Under the pieces are notes generated by a model, which saw only the letters and a list, made by a program, of their open reading frames with translations, was not told the origin of the DNA and did no database searches. The position numbers were made by a program, and so were the translations under genes. Shown in pieces: positions 63,305-64,000 of a stretch of 64,000 nt of DNA. Every line of letters starts with the position of its first letter. The stretch's first letter is position 1. This stretch comes from Octopus sinensis (taxonomy: Eukaryota), in NCBI RefSeq assembly GCF_006345805.1, contig NC_042999.1, forward strand, positions 930,001 to 994,000, written 5' to 3'.

Positions 63305-63603
63305 TCCTTTTCAAGCCCCGCCAGGCTCATGGACCCAGTTTCCTGGTTTCTGTGGCATATGTGTTCCTTCTAGCTGGACGGGACGCCAGTCCATCGCAGC
63401 GTTACTCAAGAAATAGGAAGAGAGAGTGAGAGAAAGTTGTGGCGAAAGAGTACAACAGGGGTCGCCACCACCCCCTGCCGGAGCTCGTGAAGCTTTTAGG
63501 TATTTTCGCTCAATAAACACACACAAAGGCTGTTCTGGGAATCGAAACCGCGATCCTCCGACCACGAGTCCGCTACCCTAACCACTGGGCCTTTGCGCCT
63601 CCA
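63305..63603 (-). mobile_element. SINE family D, full length
   Basis: Reverse complement of the 37420-37716 layout. Confidence 0.88.
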
Positions 63604-63634
63604 CCTTACCTAGCTTAGCAAACGAAATATACTT

Positions 63635-63760
63635 TTCTTCTCGAAGCACAAGGCCCGAAATTTTAGGGAGGTGGGGCAGTCGATTAGATTGACCCTAGTA
63701 CGCAACTGGTACTTAATTTATCGTCAACAAAAGCATGAAAGTCGACCTAGGCGGAATTAG
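63635..63760 (-). mobile_element. SINE family B 3' part
   Basis: CACAAGGCCCGAAATTTT tail module plus partial core. Confidence 0.75.
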
Positions 63761-64000
63761 CCAACGAAATATAGTCTTAGCGATAGTGAGGAATGGAAAC
63801 AGCCATTTCGAGCGCAGGTAAAAAAGGGTCACAAATTTGTCCCGTCCTATCATATCCGTATATTAGAGTGGAGACGCTAAAATTATGTTTGCCTCTAAGC
63901 ATCGAAAGCCCTTACTATGCCACAGCTTCTTAGAGTTAGATTGATCTACCTTAAAATACAGCAACGTTCTTTCAAACCACGTGCAAATTAAAAGGACACA

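Overview
AT-rich, very repeat-dense eukaryotic DNA that looks intronic or intergenic. The SINE families and microsatellite load match what I recall from Octopus (coleoid cephalopod) genomes; this taxonomic call is inference. No complete protein-coding gene, rRNA, true tRNA or CRISPR array is supported. Nearly all ORFs in the supplied track are translated microsatellites or SINEs. The window holds about 40 copies or fragments of at least six tRNA-derived SINE families (labelled A-F here). It also holds decayed LINE remnants (CR1-like, RTE, L1/Tx1, R4/Dong), mariner/Tigger DNA transposon pieces, Penelope-like (GIY-YIG) remnants and one plausible isolated 129-nt coding exon on the minus strand. 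The most interesting signal is a set of type I hammerhead ribozyme (HHR) motifs from several distinct families. Each family has its own palindromic helix III, several have unusually long helix II inserts, and some sit in large fold-back structures. These include a perfect 81-bp palindrome carrying two outward-facing HHRs (41670-41834) and a ~950-bp inverted repeat built around an apparently intact HHR (3376-4324). Folds were paired by eye and repeat boundaries are approximate unless given to the base.
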